From NCBI GenBank assembly GCA_003599625.1, contig QZIU01000009.1, positions 1 to 52,762 of the forward strand: a stretch of DNA of 52,762 nucleotides, read 5' to 3'. This DNA comes from Candidatus Parcubacteria bacterium. Its GTDB lineage: Bacteria; Patescibacteriota; Minisyncoccia; UBA9983. How positions within the stretch are numbered: the first letter of the stretch is position 1; every line of letters starts with the position of its first letter. The position numbers were made by a program, and so were the translations under genes. The notes beneath the pieces are model-generated. The model was not told the DNA's origin and did not search any database. It saw only the letters and a program-made list of their open reading frames with translations. Below are positions 18,858-27,758 of the stretch, piece after piece.

Positions 18858-20111
18858 TTAGAAATTATTTATCACATCTCCTAAAGAAATTATTCTCGCT
18901 TCTTTCTCCCTCCTCCCCTTCACCTCCGCTCCGTTCGCCGCCAAAGTCTTCCCGCTCACCACGATTCTATACGGCAGCCCCATCAGATCGGCTTCAGCAA
19001 ATTTCTGCCCTGTCGTAACGCTTTCCCGATCATCATACAAAACTTCCACGTTCTTCCTTGCCAAAGAATTAAAAAGCAATTCTGCTTCCTTCTTCACTTC
19101 AGTATTGTCGCTTTTCAGCTCTATCAAATGTACTTTGAACGGGGCGACGGATTCCGGCCAGATGATTCCCTTTTCATCATTATTTATCTCGACGATCGTC
19201 CCCATCAATCTGCCCAGCCCGATGCCGTAGCAGCCCATCAAAACCGGTTTATTCTCGCCCTTTTCGTCCATATAATTAAGGTCGAACGGTTGGGAGAACC
19301 TATCTTTCAGTTTAAAGATATTCCCCACCTCGACGGCTTTTTCTTCTCTAAGATCATTGCTGCCGCACTGAGGACAAACAGGTTTTTCTTCCATGATCTC
19401 TTTATTTGCCGCCACATCGCATTTAGCGCAGATATAGATTATGTCCTCACCCGCCGAAGTAACGGTTTGATACTCATGCGAATATTTCGCGAAAGAACCT
19501 CCGGAGGCGAAGGTCAGATAAGTTTTATCGGCGATGCCGCATTTGTTGAAAATATTTTTATACCGCGGCTTCATGCTCTCGTAGTACTCTTCCATTTCTT
19601 TTTCGTTCCGATGAAAAGAATACAAATCCTTCATCGCGAATTCCCTTGCCCGCAAAATTCCGGACTTAGCCCGCTTCTCATCCCTGAACTTGTTTTGGAA
19701 CTGGAAAAGATAAAGAGGGAGATCTCTGTGGGACAAGTTGAACTTTTTCACCAACGGAGAAATTATTTCCTCGTGCGTCGGCCCGAGGGCTAATTCCATC
19801 TTCGTGTAATGGCTGACGAACCTGAACAAGGAATCCAATGTGTTCCAGCGTCCGGTTTTCTCCCAATTTTCCTTTGGGTGCAGCGACGGCATCAGCAATT
19901 CCTGCCCATCGGCTTCTATCATTTCTTCCCGAATTATATTTTCTATTTTTTTGAAAACGCGAAAGCCAAGCGGCAAGTAAGTATAAACTCCGGCCATTAA
20001 CTTATCGATAAAACCGCCTCTTATAAGAAGCCGCGCGTTTGCCGAAATTTCGTCTTTCGGAGCTTCTTTCAGGGTTCTGGAGAAAAGTTTGGATTGTTTC
20101 ATTCCAAGCAT
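18858..20111 (-). CDS. proS: Proline--tRNA ligase, short form
   Basis: LGPTHEE, KFRDEKR..GILRAREF.MKDLYSF, EVGNIFKLK, MGCYGIGLGR, anticodon-binding C-terminus; no INS domain. Confidence 0.93.
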   Translation of the reverse strand: MLGMKQSKLFSRTLKEAPKDEISANARLLIRGGFIDKLMAGVYTYLPLGFRVFKKIENIIREEMIEADGQELLMPSLHPKENWEKTGRWNTLDSLFRFVSHYTKMELALGPTHEEIISPLVKKFNLSHRDLPLYLFQFQNKFRDEKRAKSGILRAREFAMKDLYSFHRNEKEMEEYYESMKPRYKNIFNKCGIADKTYLTFASGGSFAKYSHEYQTVTSAGEDIIYICAKCDVAANKEIMEEKPVCPQCGSNDLREEKAVEVGNIFKLKDRFSQPFDLNYMDEKGENKPVLMGCYGIGLGRLMGTIVEINNDEKGIIWPESVAPFKVHLIELKSDNTEVKKEAELLFNSLARKNVEVLYDDRESVTTGQKFAEADLMGLPYRIVVSGKTLAANGAEVKGRREKEARIISLGDVINNF

Positions 20112-20135
20112 ATCTCTTATGATAGAAGATAAGCT

Positions 20136-21191
20136 TTAAGATATCAACTTGACGATGTCTTTATATGTGACGAGCAGCATCAAGAGAAGCAGCAAAGCCA
20201 TCCCGGCGCCATGGACAATGGAACTTATTCTGGCGCTAACCGGCGTTCCTTTGATTTTTTCTATGAGCAAAAAGAGAAGTCTTCCGCCGTCGAGAGCCGG
20301 AAACGGAACTATGTTTATGATCGCCAAATTTATGGAAAGAAAAGCCATGAAGCTTAGAAAATAAACAAAGCCGAAGTCCGCGGCGCTTCCCACTATGCCC
20401 GCGATCCCGACCGGTCCCGTTATCGCGCTAAGCCCCACTTCGCCGGCGATCGCTCCGGCTATGAAGTTGTATATGCCAACCGCCGTGCCGACAACAACAT
20501 GGTAAGTCATGATCGATCCTTCCCAGATAGCCCGATGAACGGGCAGGCGGACGGTGCCGACCTCGTCCATGGCTATGCCGATAGCGCCTTCTCCCGGCGG
20601 AGGATTTTCTCTGGGGACAAGCTCGGCTGTCAGATTCTCTTCCCCTCGTTGATAGTTTAGCGTCATTGCCTGGCCAAGCCTGGACTCTATTGCCTCTTTT
20701 ACCGCGTCAACGTTTTCATAACCTAAAATCCTGTCGCCCGGCAACAATCCGGCCTTTTCCGCCGGTGAATCTTTCCCGATTTGCAAGATCACGACTTTCT
20801 TATCACGCACCTCAACACCCTCTGGCGCGGATGAAACACTCGTCGGCATTCCGAAAGAAAAGCCGCCTATTATCAAGATCCAAGCCAGAAGAACATTAAA
20901 GATCACCCCCGCCGATATTATCAATGACCTTACCCCGATGGATTTGGAAGCGAAGCTTCTCGGATCCGCCGCTTCCTGTCCTTCTTCTCCATGTATCTTA
21001 ACAAAACCTCCGAAAGGGATAAGGTTCAAAGAATAAGTCGTCTCTCCTTTTTTGAATTTAGCAATCCGGGGCGGAAAACCAAAACCGAACTCATCCACTC
21101 TGATCCCCGCTTTTTTGGCAGTGATAAAATGCCCAAACTCGTGAGAAAGAATGAGGACGGCAAGAACGATGAAAAATAATAGAATGGTCAT
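20136..21191 (-). CDS. rseP: Site-2 (M50) intramembrane metalloprotease with PDZ
   Basis: HEFGH, NLIPFGG, NIVPFPALDGG. Confidence 0.92.
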   Translation of the reverse strand: MTILLFFIVLAVLILSHEFGHFITAKKAGIRVDEFGFGFPPRIAKFKKGETTYSLNLIPFGGFVKIHGEEGQEAADPRSFASKSIGVRSLIISAGVIFNVLLAWILIIGGFSFGMPTSVSSAPEGVEVRDKKVVILQIGKDSPAEKAGLLPGDRILGYENVDAVKEAIESRLGQAMTLNYQRGEENLTAELVPRENPPPGEGAIGIAMDEVGTVRLPVHRAIWEGSIMTYHVVVGTAVGIYNFIAGAIAGEVGLSAITGPVGIAGIVGSAADFGFVYFLSFMAFLSINLAIINIVPFPALDGGRLLFLLIEKIKGTPVSARISSIVHGAGMALLLLLMLLVTYKDIVKLIS

Positions 21192-21196
21192 TAAAG

Positions 21197-21305
21197 TAAT
21201 TTAAAAATTCGAATTTTAAATTTTAAAACAATGATTTAATTTCTTAATTTTAAAATTTTGTTATTTAAGATTGTTTAAAAATTTAAAATTCAAAATTTAA
21301 AATTA
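21197..21305. repeat. AT-rich heptamer-like inverted repeat
   Basis: 21211-21232 vs 21270-21291 complementary at 21/22; extends imperfectly to 21197 and 21305. Confidence 0.75.
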
Positions 21306-21311
21306 TGAGCC

Positions 21312-21863
21312 TTAGCTCATGATTTCCTGTTCTTTCTTCTTCGCCATTTCTTCCAGTTCGGCGGAAATTTTATCTATATTTTTTTGAAGCTCGTCTTTGA
21401 ATCGGAATTTGTAATCCTCCGGTATCTCTCCATTCTTTTCCTTATCTTGAATGTCTTTCCAAATCTTGTCTCTCTCCTGTCTCAGAGAGATCCTGGATTC
21501 TTCCAGCTTGGCCGAAAGCGTTTTGACAAGCGCTTTTCTTCTGTCTTCGGTCAAAGCGGGCATGCTTATTCTTATCGACTGTTTGTCCGCTATCGGCTGA
21601 ACTCCCAAATTGGAAGCGATAATCGCGCTTTCTATGTCTTTAACAACCGACGCGTCCCATGGGGTAATGCGCAAAGTCCTCGCGTCTTCCGCGCCGATCG
21701 CGGCGAGATGTTTTAGCGGAGTTTTTGCCCCGTAAGATTCCACGAGAAGATCCTCCACCATTACCGGATTGGCTCTCCCCGTTCTAAGAGAAGCGACCTC
21801 CTGCTTGAATCGATCCTTTATCCTCTCTCCCTCGCTTTTAAGTTTAGAAAAGTCGTAATTCAT
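21312..21863 (-). CDS. frr: Ribosome recycling factor
   Basis: LRTGRANP, LTEDRRK..VK, RISLRQER. Start reset to ATG 21863. Confidence 0.95.
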   Translation of the reverse strand: MNYDFSKLKSEGERIKDRFKQEVASLRTGRANPVMVEDLLVESYGAKTPLKHLAAIGAEDARTLRITPWDASVVKDIESAIIASNLGVQPIADKQSIRISMPALTEDRRKALVKTLSAKLEESRISLRQERDKIWKDIQDKEKNGEIPEDYKFRFKDELQKNIDKISAELEEMAKKKEQEIMS

Positions 21864-22012
21864 AACAATAAAAATTTGAATACAAAATTTAAATTTTAAT
21901 TCAAGCAATGAAAAATCAGAAAAACTTGATTTCCGAAAACTTTCCCTTGCCGTTTGGCTCTTGCAGGAAATCAAGGTTTTTATGATTTTTCATTGATTAA
22001 TATTAACATTTC

Positions 22013-22762
22013 TCAGAACTTCGGCAACACAAGCGCCAAATGCTCCAAGATAATCTTGTGCGAAGCGGCCCTGTCAAAAACGTATTTCCGGCATCTCGCC
22101 AATTCACTCAAGGCTTTGACGGCTTTCTCCTTGTCATTTCCGTCATCCAATCGGTCTTGCGAAAACAGTTCCAAACCATTTAAAAAGTCGATTATCGTTT
22201 GCTTTTCCGTCTTTTCCGCAGTCAGCTTTTTCACAATATCAGTTGTTCTCTTGCTCGGCAACGACCTCATGAATTTTTCGCAAAGCTCCTTAATTTCTCC
22301 GTTCTCTTCCTTTCCGATTAGCTCGATTATGGAAAGCCTCGATCTTAAAGCCGGAATAAGCATTTCGACGTTGGAAACCATAAAGATAAAATGAACTCCT
22401 TCATTAGCTTCCTCAAAAGTTTTAAGTAGCGCATTTGAGGATTCTCCATTGAAGGCGGAAACAGCGGCCGCGAAAACTTTTTTCCCGCCGGAAAACGGTT
22501 TCGTCGCCGCCCAATTGATCAAATAATGGCTGTCGTTTATGCTAAACAAATCGAATTCTCCGTAAAAAAAATCCGGATTAGCTTCCAATTTGACCGCAAA
22601 ATTTCCGTCTTTTCTCTTTCTTTCCAATTCCGTATTCTCACTACCAAAAATTTCTTCCGCCAACTTGAAAGCCGTTTTTTTGCACACCTCAAAATCGCCG
22701 CAAAACAAATACGCGTGATGAAACTTCTTGTTCTCAACATGAGCCGCAATCAATGGATGCAT
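22013..22762 (-). CDS. holB: DNA polymerase III delta' subunit-like
   Basis: HHAYLF, SSNALLKTFEE, LIPALRSR clamp-loader signatures. Confidence 0.72.
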   Translation of the reverse strand: MHPLIAAHVENKKFHHAYLFCGDFEVCKKTAFKLAEEIFGSENTELERKRKDGNFAVKLEANPDFFYGEFDLFSINDSHYLINWAATKPFSGGKKVFAAAVSAFNGESSNALLKTFEEANEGVHFIFMVSNVEMLIPALRSRLSIIELIGKEENGEIKELCEKFMRSLPSKRTTDIVKKLTAEKTEKQTIIDFLNGLELFSQDRLDDGNDKEKAVKALSELARCRKYVFDRAASHKIILEHLALVLPKF

Positions 22763-22763
22763 A

Positions 22764-23759
22764 CTATTCGCTTATCAAATTCTTAATTATCTTTATCATT
22801 GTCTCTTTTTCTTTCGGCTGGCTTTCGGCGACAAGGAGGGCCAAGGCCACAAGCGCGTTGTCATTTATCTTTCTATCGCCGGATTTTTTGAAGAGATAAT
22901 TTGTCCTGTCTAAGAAATAAACAAACAAAAAAGCGGCGGAACGTTTGTTTCCGTCAGAAAATGGATGATCTTTAATGATGAAATACAAAAGGTGTGAAGC
23001 TTTGTCTTCCACTGTCGGATAAAGTTCTTTCCCGCCGAAGGACTGGTAGAGCCCATTGATGATTCCTTCAAAAGCGCCTCCTCTTTCCTGCCCGAAAAGA
23101 TCTCCCGCTTCCATTTTCGTTATCAATTCTTTTTTTAGCTCGGTTATTATCTTAATCGAGTCGTCATATTTCAAAACGAATTTTGTTTTGCCACCTTTTG
23201 GTTCCTTCAACTGGCCTTTATCATATTGCTCAAGCAGCGATAAAGTCTTGGCATAATTGGAGAGCAAATGCAAAATTTCTCCCGCTTGACCGGATAATAA
23301 TTCTCTTTGAGACTTTTCTTGTAAGAATGATATGGCGGTCTGGAGTTCTTGGAATTTTTCGCGGGCTTCCAGAAGTCGTTTTTCGTTGATTGTATAGCCT
23401 TTCAATAAGTGATTTTTCAGTGTTTTTGTAGCCCAGATACGAAACTGAGTCGCTCTTTTTGAATTAACGCGGTAACCAGTAGAAATAATCATATCCAAAT
23501 TATAGATATTCATTTTTCTGATTTTTCCATCAGCGGCAACCTGTTCCAAAATGGAACAGGTTGAATTTCCATCCAATTCGCCGGTTTTATAAATGTTTTT
23601 GATATGTTTTACTATCGCTGGACGATTAACATCAAATAGTACGGCTATCTGATGAGCGTCAAGCCATATCGTTTCATTTTCAAACCGCACCTTCAACTCG
23701 ACCTCGTTTTTTGAGGTTTTGTAGATTATTATTTCCCCTTTTGAAAAATTGTTCTTCAT
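22764..23759 (-). CDS. RhuM-like N-domain fused to a Fic/Doc domain
   Basis: YNLDMIISTGYRVNSKRATQFRIWAT (RhuM-like) and HPFSDGNKR (Fic/Doc). Start reset to ATG 23759. Confidence 0.88.
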   Translation of the reverse strand: MKNNFSKGEIIIYKTSKNEVELKVRFENETIWLDAHQIAVLFDVNRPAIVKHIKNIYKTGELDGNSTCSILEQVAADGKIRKMNIYNLDMIISTGYRVNSKRATQFRIWATKTLKNHLLKGYTINEKRLLEAREKFQELQTAISFLQEKSQRELLSGQAGEILHLLSNYAKTLSLLEQYDKGQLKEPKGGKTKFVLKYDDSIKIITELKKELITKMEAGDLFGQERGGAFEGIINGLYQSFGGKELYPTVEDKASHLLYFIIKDHPFSDGNKRSAAFLFVYFLDRTNYLFKKSGDRKINDNALVALALLVAESQPKEKETMIKIIKNLISE

Positions 23760-23800
23760 ATTCTTAACTAGATAATACCACAAAATTAACGCCCGCAAAT

Positions 23801-23841
23801 CTCACTGTCACCTATTTGCGCTATAGCACGGGATAAGTGTC
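23801..23841. repeat. Tripartite palindrome, GCTATAGC family (copy 2)
   Basis: ctcactgtcacctat is identical to 47379-47393; central gctatagc. Confidence 0.75.
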
Positions 23842-23848
23842 TTTCATG

Positions 23849-23892
23849 AAATGTTACCATTTTTAAGCTCCAGCAAAATTTCGGTAACATTT
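23849..23892. repeat. Degenerate GCTATAGC-family palindrome (copy 3)
   Basis: aaatgttacc/ggtaacattt 10-bp stem with central gctccagcaaaa. Confidence 0.6.
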
Positions 23893-23918
23893 TAAAAAAA
23901 TAAAAGCAGGTAATCTTC

Positions 23919-24401
23919 TTATGGCTGAAATAACCACTCGGGTTCGAAGCGGACTTCGGAGACTCCGGGGAATTGTTTGGCCGTTTTTTCTATCTGCGCC
24001 CAGAGGATTCTGACGCGGCAGGAACCGCCGGTGGTGAAATTATTGGGATCTTCAAAACGCAAAACAAGCAAGCCGTCTTCCTTTCTGGCTTCCGCGAGGG
24101 CAAATCCTTCGCCGGGAAATTCGGTCGAGAAACCTCGGTCTATTTCCTCCTCCGTCAGCTCTCCCTTTAAGAGCAGCCCTATGGTGTCTTTTATGGGCTC
24201 ATTAGACCTCCGCATCATCCGACTCACCGGCAAAACAGCATCCGGACTGCAACCAACTCCCCCGCCTTCCTGAAAATCGGCCGATTGATTATAATAATAC
24301 AGATCCACAGCCATTCCTCTTGTGGCTGCCAAAGACAAATAGACCAGGAATCCGATCCCGGCGATCGCCACCAGAATCAAAATTATCGCGAGATACTTCA
24401 T
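23919..24401 (-). CDS. Membrane-anchored GerMN-domain protein
   Basis: N-terminal TM; LLKGELT, GGSCRV...AQIEKTAKQFPGVSEV. Confidence 0.75.
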   Translation of the reverse strand: MKYLAIILILVAIAGIGFLVYLSLAATRGMAVDLYYYNQSADFQEGGGVGCSPDAVLPVSRMMRRSNEPIKDTIGLLLKGELTEEEIDRGFSTEFPGEGFALAEARKEDGLLVLRFEDPNNFTTGGSCRVRILWAQIEKTAKQFPGVSEVRFEPEWLFQP

Positions 24402-24934
24402 CTGAACCTGACCGGAAAATGCATTTCGTCCGCGTTTTCCGGCAAGCCTGACGGGTTGTCTTTTTCAAGAATCAACGTCCCTGTCTCCGTTTCAGGTTCG
24501 GCAAACTCCATTACCGTGTTAAAAGGCACGAACTCTTCCGTCATCCATTCGCCTTGAGCTTGGGCGATACCGACCCCTAATTCTTTGCCATTTGCGTCCT
24601 TTACTCTTACAGGGAATGACGCTTCAAAAAACCAGAATCCTCGAGCCTCCCCCTCGACTACCATCGGGCTTTTGATGATTTCGTTTGGTCTTGGTGTCTC
24701 GATTCTTATCAGATTTTCTTTCTCAAGAAGATTGCCGATATCCTCGGTGAAAGTCTTCCCTCCGGGCGCCGAGCAGACAGCAGGGAAGCTTTCCGAGACG
24801 GGAAATCCTCTATCGCGACACTCGGTGAAAGTATCGACGCCCGCCGCCCTTATGTTATCCCAATAAATAAATAATAAGGCCCCCCCGATGGCGACCACCA
24901 CTATCAGAACAACGATCCAAAAAATATTTTTCAT
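24398..24934 (-). CDS. Membrane-anchored Gmad2 Ig-like domain protein
   Basis: N-terminal TM, C..GFPVSESFP..C, GEARGFWFFEASFPV, KDNPSGLPEN. Start reset to ATG 24934. Confidence 0.75.
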   Translation of the reverse strand: MKNIFWIVVLIVVVAIGGALLFIYWDNIRAAGVDTFTECRDRGFPVSESFPAVCSAPGGKTFTEDIGNLLEKENLIRIETPRPNEIIKSPMVVEGEARGFWFFEASFPVRVKDANGKELGVGIAQAQGEWMTEEFVPFNTVMEFAEPETETGTLILEKDNPSGLPENADEMHFPVRFR

Positions 24935-24990
24935 AAAATTATTTAACAGATATACTCCATATTTAACACAATCCACTGTCCTGTTTGTTT

Positions 24991-25476
24991 CTACCTTAAA
25001 GCGAAAAATACAAATAGTCCAACAAACACCATAGACAGAACAACATTAACCAGGACCCCCGCAAAAGAACCGAAAAGAGAGCCTGAAGCCGCCCTTAAAG
25101 CCTTTTTTTGATTTTTTGTTCTTGCATATTCAGCGATCAATATTGCTAAAAATAAACCAAGAAAGCTACCGAACGGCGGAAATACCAGCAAGCCGATCAA
25201 GAGACCGGCAAACCCCCAGATAAGAGATTTCTTGGAAGCTCCGCCGTATTTCGCCCCCAAAGCGCCTGCCGAATAATCTATTATGAAGGATAAAACAAGA
25301 ATTCCGCCAAGGATCCCGAACTCCGTTAAAGAAAGATGAGTAAACTTATCCAGAAGGCCGTATATGCCCGCGATCAGAAACATAAACGGAAAAGCCGGCA
25401 TCATTGGGATGAATGACAAGATGATTCCCGGTGTCATAATGACTGCAAATAAAATTGTGAGATAAAGCGGCAACAT
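24991..25476 (-). CDS. DUF456-like membrane protein
   Basis: Gly-rich TM pattern IDY.AG.LGAKYGGASK, ALRAASGSLFG. Confidence 0.75.
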   Translation of the reverse strand: MLPLYLTILFAVIMTPGIILSFIPMMPAFPFMFLIAGIYGLLDKFTHLSLTEFGILGGILVLSFIIDYSAGALGAKYGGASKKSLIWGFAGLLIGLLVFPPFGSFLGLFLAILIAEYARTKNQKKALRAASGSLFGSFAGVLVNVVLSMVFVGLFVFFALR

Positions 25477-25508
25477 AAAAATTAAAAATGGGACGATTTA
25501 ATAATAAA

Positions 25509-26420
25509 TCAAGTAATCAGGGATCTGATTTCTTGTTCGATCTTTTGCATCTGGGACTGGAGAAGCGAGAACTCCCGCTTCTCTTTTTCTATCTCTTTTT
25601 CCAAGTTGGAAGTTCTGCCGGCAAGATGAATCATCTCGGTTCTCTTGGCGTTTATCTGAGATTGCAGTCTGGCTTTCATTGCCTCATTTTTCTTTTGCTC
25701 TTCTTTTTCTTGTTTTTGATCTTTCTCCAACTCCTTTTTGATTTTTTCTTTGGCTGCCGCGTCTCTGGCCAAATCGTTTTCTTTCTGCGATATCCGGGCA
25801 TTTGCGGTATTTCCGCGGTTCAGCCTTGTTTCAATTTCTTGAATCTCTTTTTCATGCCTGGCTACCTCCTGGTTCAAGGTTGAAATTTCTTGCTCGATCC
25901 TTTTTATCTCGGCCGTTTTCCCAGCCACTCTAAAGGCGATCTCCTCGATCTTTTTCTTTTCCGCGGCATATTTTGTTTCTTCGGCGAGACGCTCTTTATT
26001 GGTTTGTTCTTTTTCCCGCGCTATCCAGCCTTTCTCTTGATCGATATGCTGAGTAAGCCTGTTTATTTCGGCCGCTTGAGAAGCCTGGTTCCATTTTCCG
26101 GCATTGCCGGAGTTTAAAGACTTGTCGCTCGGAACCGTTTCTTCAAGTTTTTCCAATTCTTTATTTACGGACAGCTGTTCGCCCTTTAGCAAATTCAGAT
26201 CATTTTCCTTACCGGTCAAATTTCGTTGCTTCAAGGCAATTTTGCTTTTTATCTCCTCCAGTTCCGTTTTTCTGTCATTCAGTTTGAGCTGCTTCCGGCG
26301 TTGTTCTTGCAACTCCAATTTCTTTTTGGCCCCTTCGGCATCCCGTAAAGCTTGCTCCTTGAGCCTGCGGGCATTTTCGTCAAAATCTCTTATATCTTTA
26401 TAGTTTTGAGTATTCAACAT
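25509..26420 (-). CDS. Hypothetical long coiled-coil protein
   Basis: 303-aa ORF rich in E/K/Q with heptad character; no family recognised. Confidence 0.7.
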   Translation of the reverse strand: MLNTQNYKDIRDFDENARRLKEQALRDAEGAKKKLELQEQRRKQLKLNDRKTELEEIKSKIALKQRNLTGKENDLNLLKGEQLSVNKELEKLEETVPSDKSLNSGNAGKWNQASQAAEINRLTQHIDQEKGWIAREKEQTNKERLAEETKYAAEKKKIEEIAFRVAGKTAEIKRIEQEISTLNQEVARHEKEIQEIETRLNRGNTANARISQKENDLARDAAAKEKIKKELEKDQKQEKEEQKKNEAMKARLQSQINAKRTEMIHLAGRTSNLEKEIEKEKREFSLLQSQMQKIEQEIRSLIT

Positions 26421-26471
26421 CTTTTGAAAATAAGGCCGCGAACCACCCCCGATATTGTTGTATTATGTGAT

Positions 26472-26672
26472 ATGCAAATTTTGATAATCAGTCAGACGGT
26501 ATTTTATATAGTATTTTCTCTTACAATCATCAGCCTCGGGATAATGGGTGGAATAGCCGTCTTTTATATTATACGGATTTTAAGAAAAATTGCCCAAACC
26601 GCCAAGAGCGCTCAAGAAACGATCAATGATCTCAAAAACAAAGTCCCTTTCAATTTTCTTAGAAAGTTCTAG
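26472..26672 (+). CDS. Small single-TM protein with short coiled coil
   Basis: ATG at 26472; hydrophobic segment followed by RILRKIAQTAKSAQETINDL. Confidence 0.5.
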   Translation: MQILIISQTVFYIVFSLTIISLGIMGGIAVFYIIRILRKIAQTAKSAQETINDLKNKVPFNFLRKF

Positions 26673-26682
26673 AATATAAAGC

Positions 26683-27249
26683 ATGGTTCTCAAAAGAGTC
26701 CCCTCAAGGGAACAAATAAATACGGAGAATGTTACAGGCCTTCATTCCGGAATATTTGGGGATTTTAAAGATCTTCGCGGAGATGTCGGCGAGATTTTCG
26801 GGAATGTCCATCTCCATAAGATAAAAGGAGACGCAAGCAACGTAAGCGGAGATATTGCCGGCTTGTCGGGTGATGTCTCCAATATCAGAGGCAATGTGGA
26901 TAAGATCAAAAGCGATGTTTCAAACATCGCGGGCGATGTGTCCAACATTACGGGCGATCTCAGTGGCATAATCGGAGACGTGACGAATATTCGGGGCGAT
27001 GTAACCAATATTCGAGGGGACATAAGCAAGCTAAGCGGAGATGTAAGCAAGCTTTTTGGAGATGTCAGCGATCTTGAAGGAGACGCCAGCCTTCTAGCGG
27101 GAAACGTCACGAAGATCAACGGCTTCATAGGCAACATCAGCGGCGACGCTTCAAAGCTGTCAGGCGATGTCAGCGGTTTGGAAGGCGATGTCACGGGAGT
27201 TGAGGGAGACGCGACGGGAATGACGGGCGATGTCGACGAATTGGCTTAA
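26683..27249 (+). CDS. GD-heptad repeat protein (G-D-hydrophobic-x-x-hydrophobic-x)
   Basis: About 23 tandem 7-aa units, e.g. GDVSNIR, GDVTNIR, GDVSKLF; degenerate at DNA level. Confidence 0.8.
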   Translation: MVLKRVPSREQINTENVTGLHSGIFGDFKDLRGDVGEIFGNVHLHKIKGDASNVSGDIAGLSGDVSNIRGNVDKIKSDVSNIAGDVSNITGDLSGIIGDVTNIRGDVTNIRGDISKLSGDVSKLFGDVSDLEGDASLLAGNVTKINGFIGNISGDASKLSGDVSGLEGDVTGVEGDATGMTGDVDELA

Positions 27250-27254
27250 CTTCA

Positions 27255-27638
27255 TTATTTCACATTCTTATCTTCTTCCAGTATTCCGAAAATGTTTCCT
27301 TCGGTGTCCTTGCAATAAGCCAGCCAACCAACCTTCGAAATCCCGACCTTTGGCATCGTCAGAACTCCGCCGTTATCCAAAATTCTCTTTACATACTCGT
27401 CAACTGAAGACACGCTTATCGAATTTATGTAAGCGATCACAGAATCGCCAGCTATCGGCACAAGTCGTTTCATTATCGCCCCGTTTATTCCGGGTTCTTT
27501 CTCCGGACCCGTCATGACCATCCAGTAATCTTGCGGGCCTTCCCATTTCTTAACCTCCCAGCCAAAGACCTTCGTATAAAAATCAGCCGCTCTTTCAGGA
27601 TCGTCGGCGGGAATTTCAAAATGAATGACTCTAGGCAT
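27255..27638 (-). CDS. VOC/glyoxalase family protein
   Basis: HFEIPADDPERAADFYTKVFGW, CKDTEGNIFG. Confidence 0.9.
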   Translation of the reverse strand: MPRVIHFEIPADDPERAADFYTKVFGWEVKKWEGPQDYWMVMTGPEKEPGINGAIMKRLVPIAGDSVIAYINSISVSSVDEYVKRILDNGGVLTMPKVGISKVGWLAYCKDTEGNIFGILEEDKNVK

Positions 27639-27688
27639 ACATAATATAAAACCGCAGAGTTGCTATCTTTAGCTCTAGAGAAGGCCTC

Positions 27689-27751
27689 TGTGGATAACTC
27701 CGCAGTCCCGCAAGGTTGCTTTGAACCTGGCGGGTCGGCGGAGTTTCCACA
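27689..27751. repeat. Long hairpin with DnaA-box-like ends
   Basis: tgtggataactccgc/gcggagtttccaca, with inner cccgc/gcggg and aggtt/aacct stems. tgtggataa is a perfect DnaA box. Confidence 0.65.
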
Positions 27752-27758
27752 ACCTTCC

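Noticed and set aside
26742-27194. Ser/Pro/Leu-rich periodic ORF on the minus strand
   Set aside because: It mirrors the 21-nt periodicity of the GD-heptad gene.
27689-27697. oriC
   Set aside because: Only one perfect DnaA box, no dnaA/dnaN nearby, and gene strand bias does not switch here.
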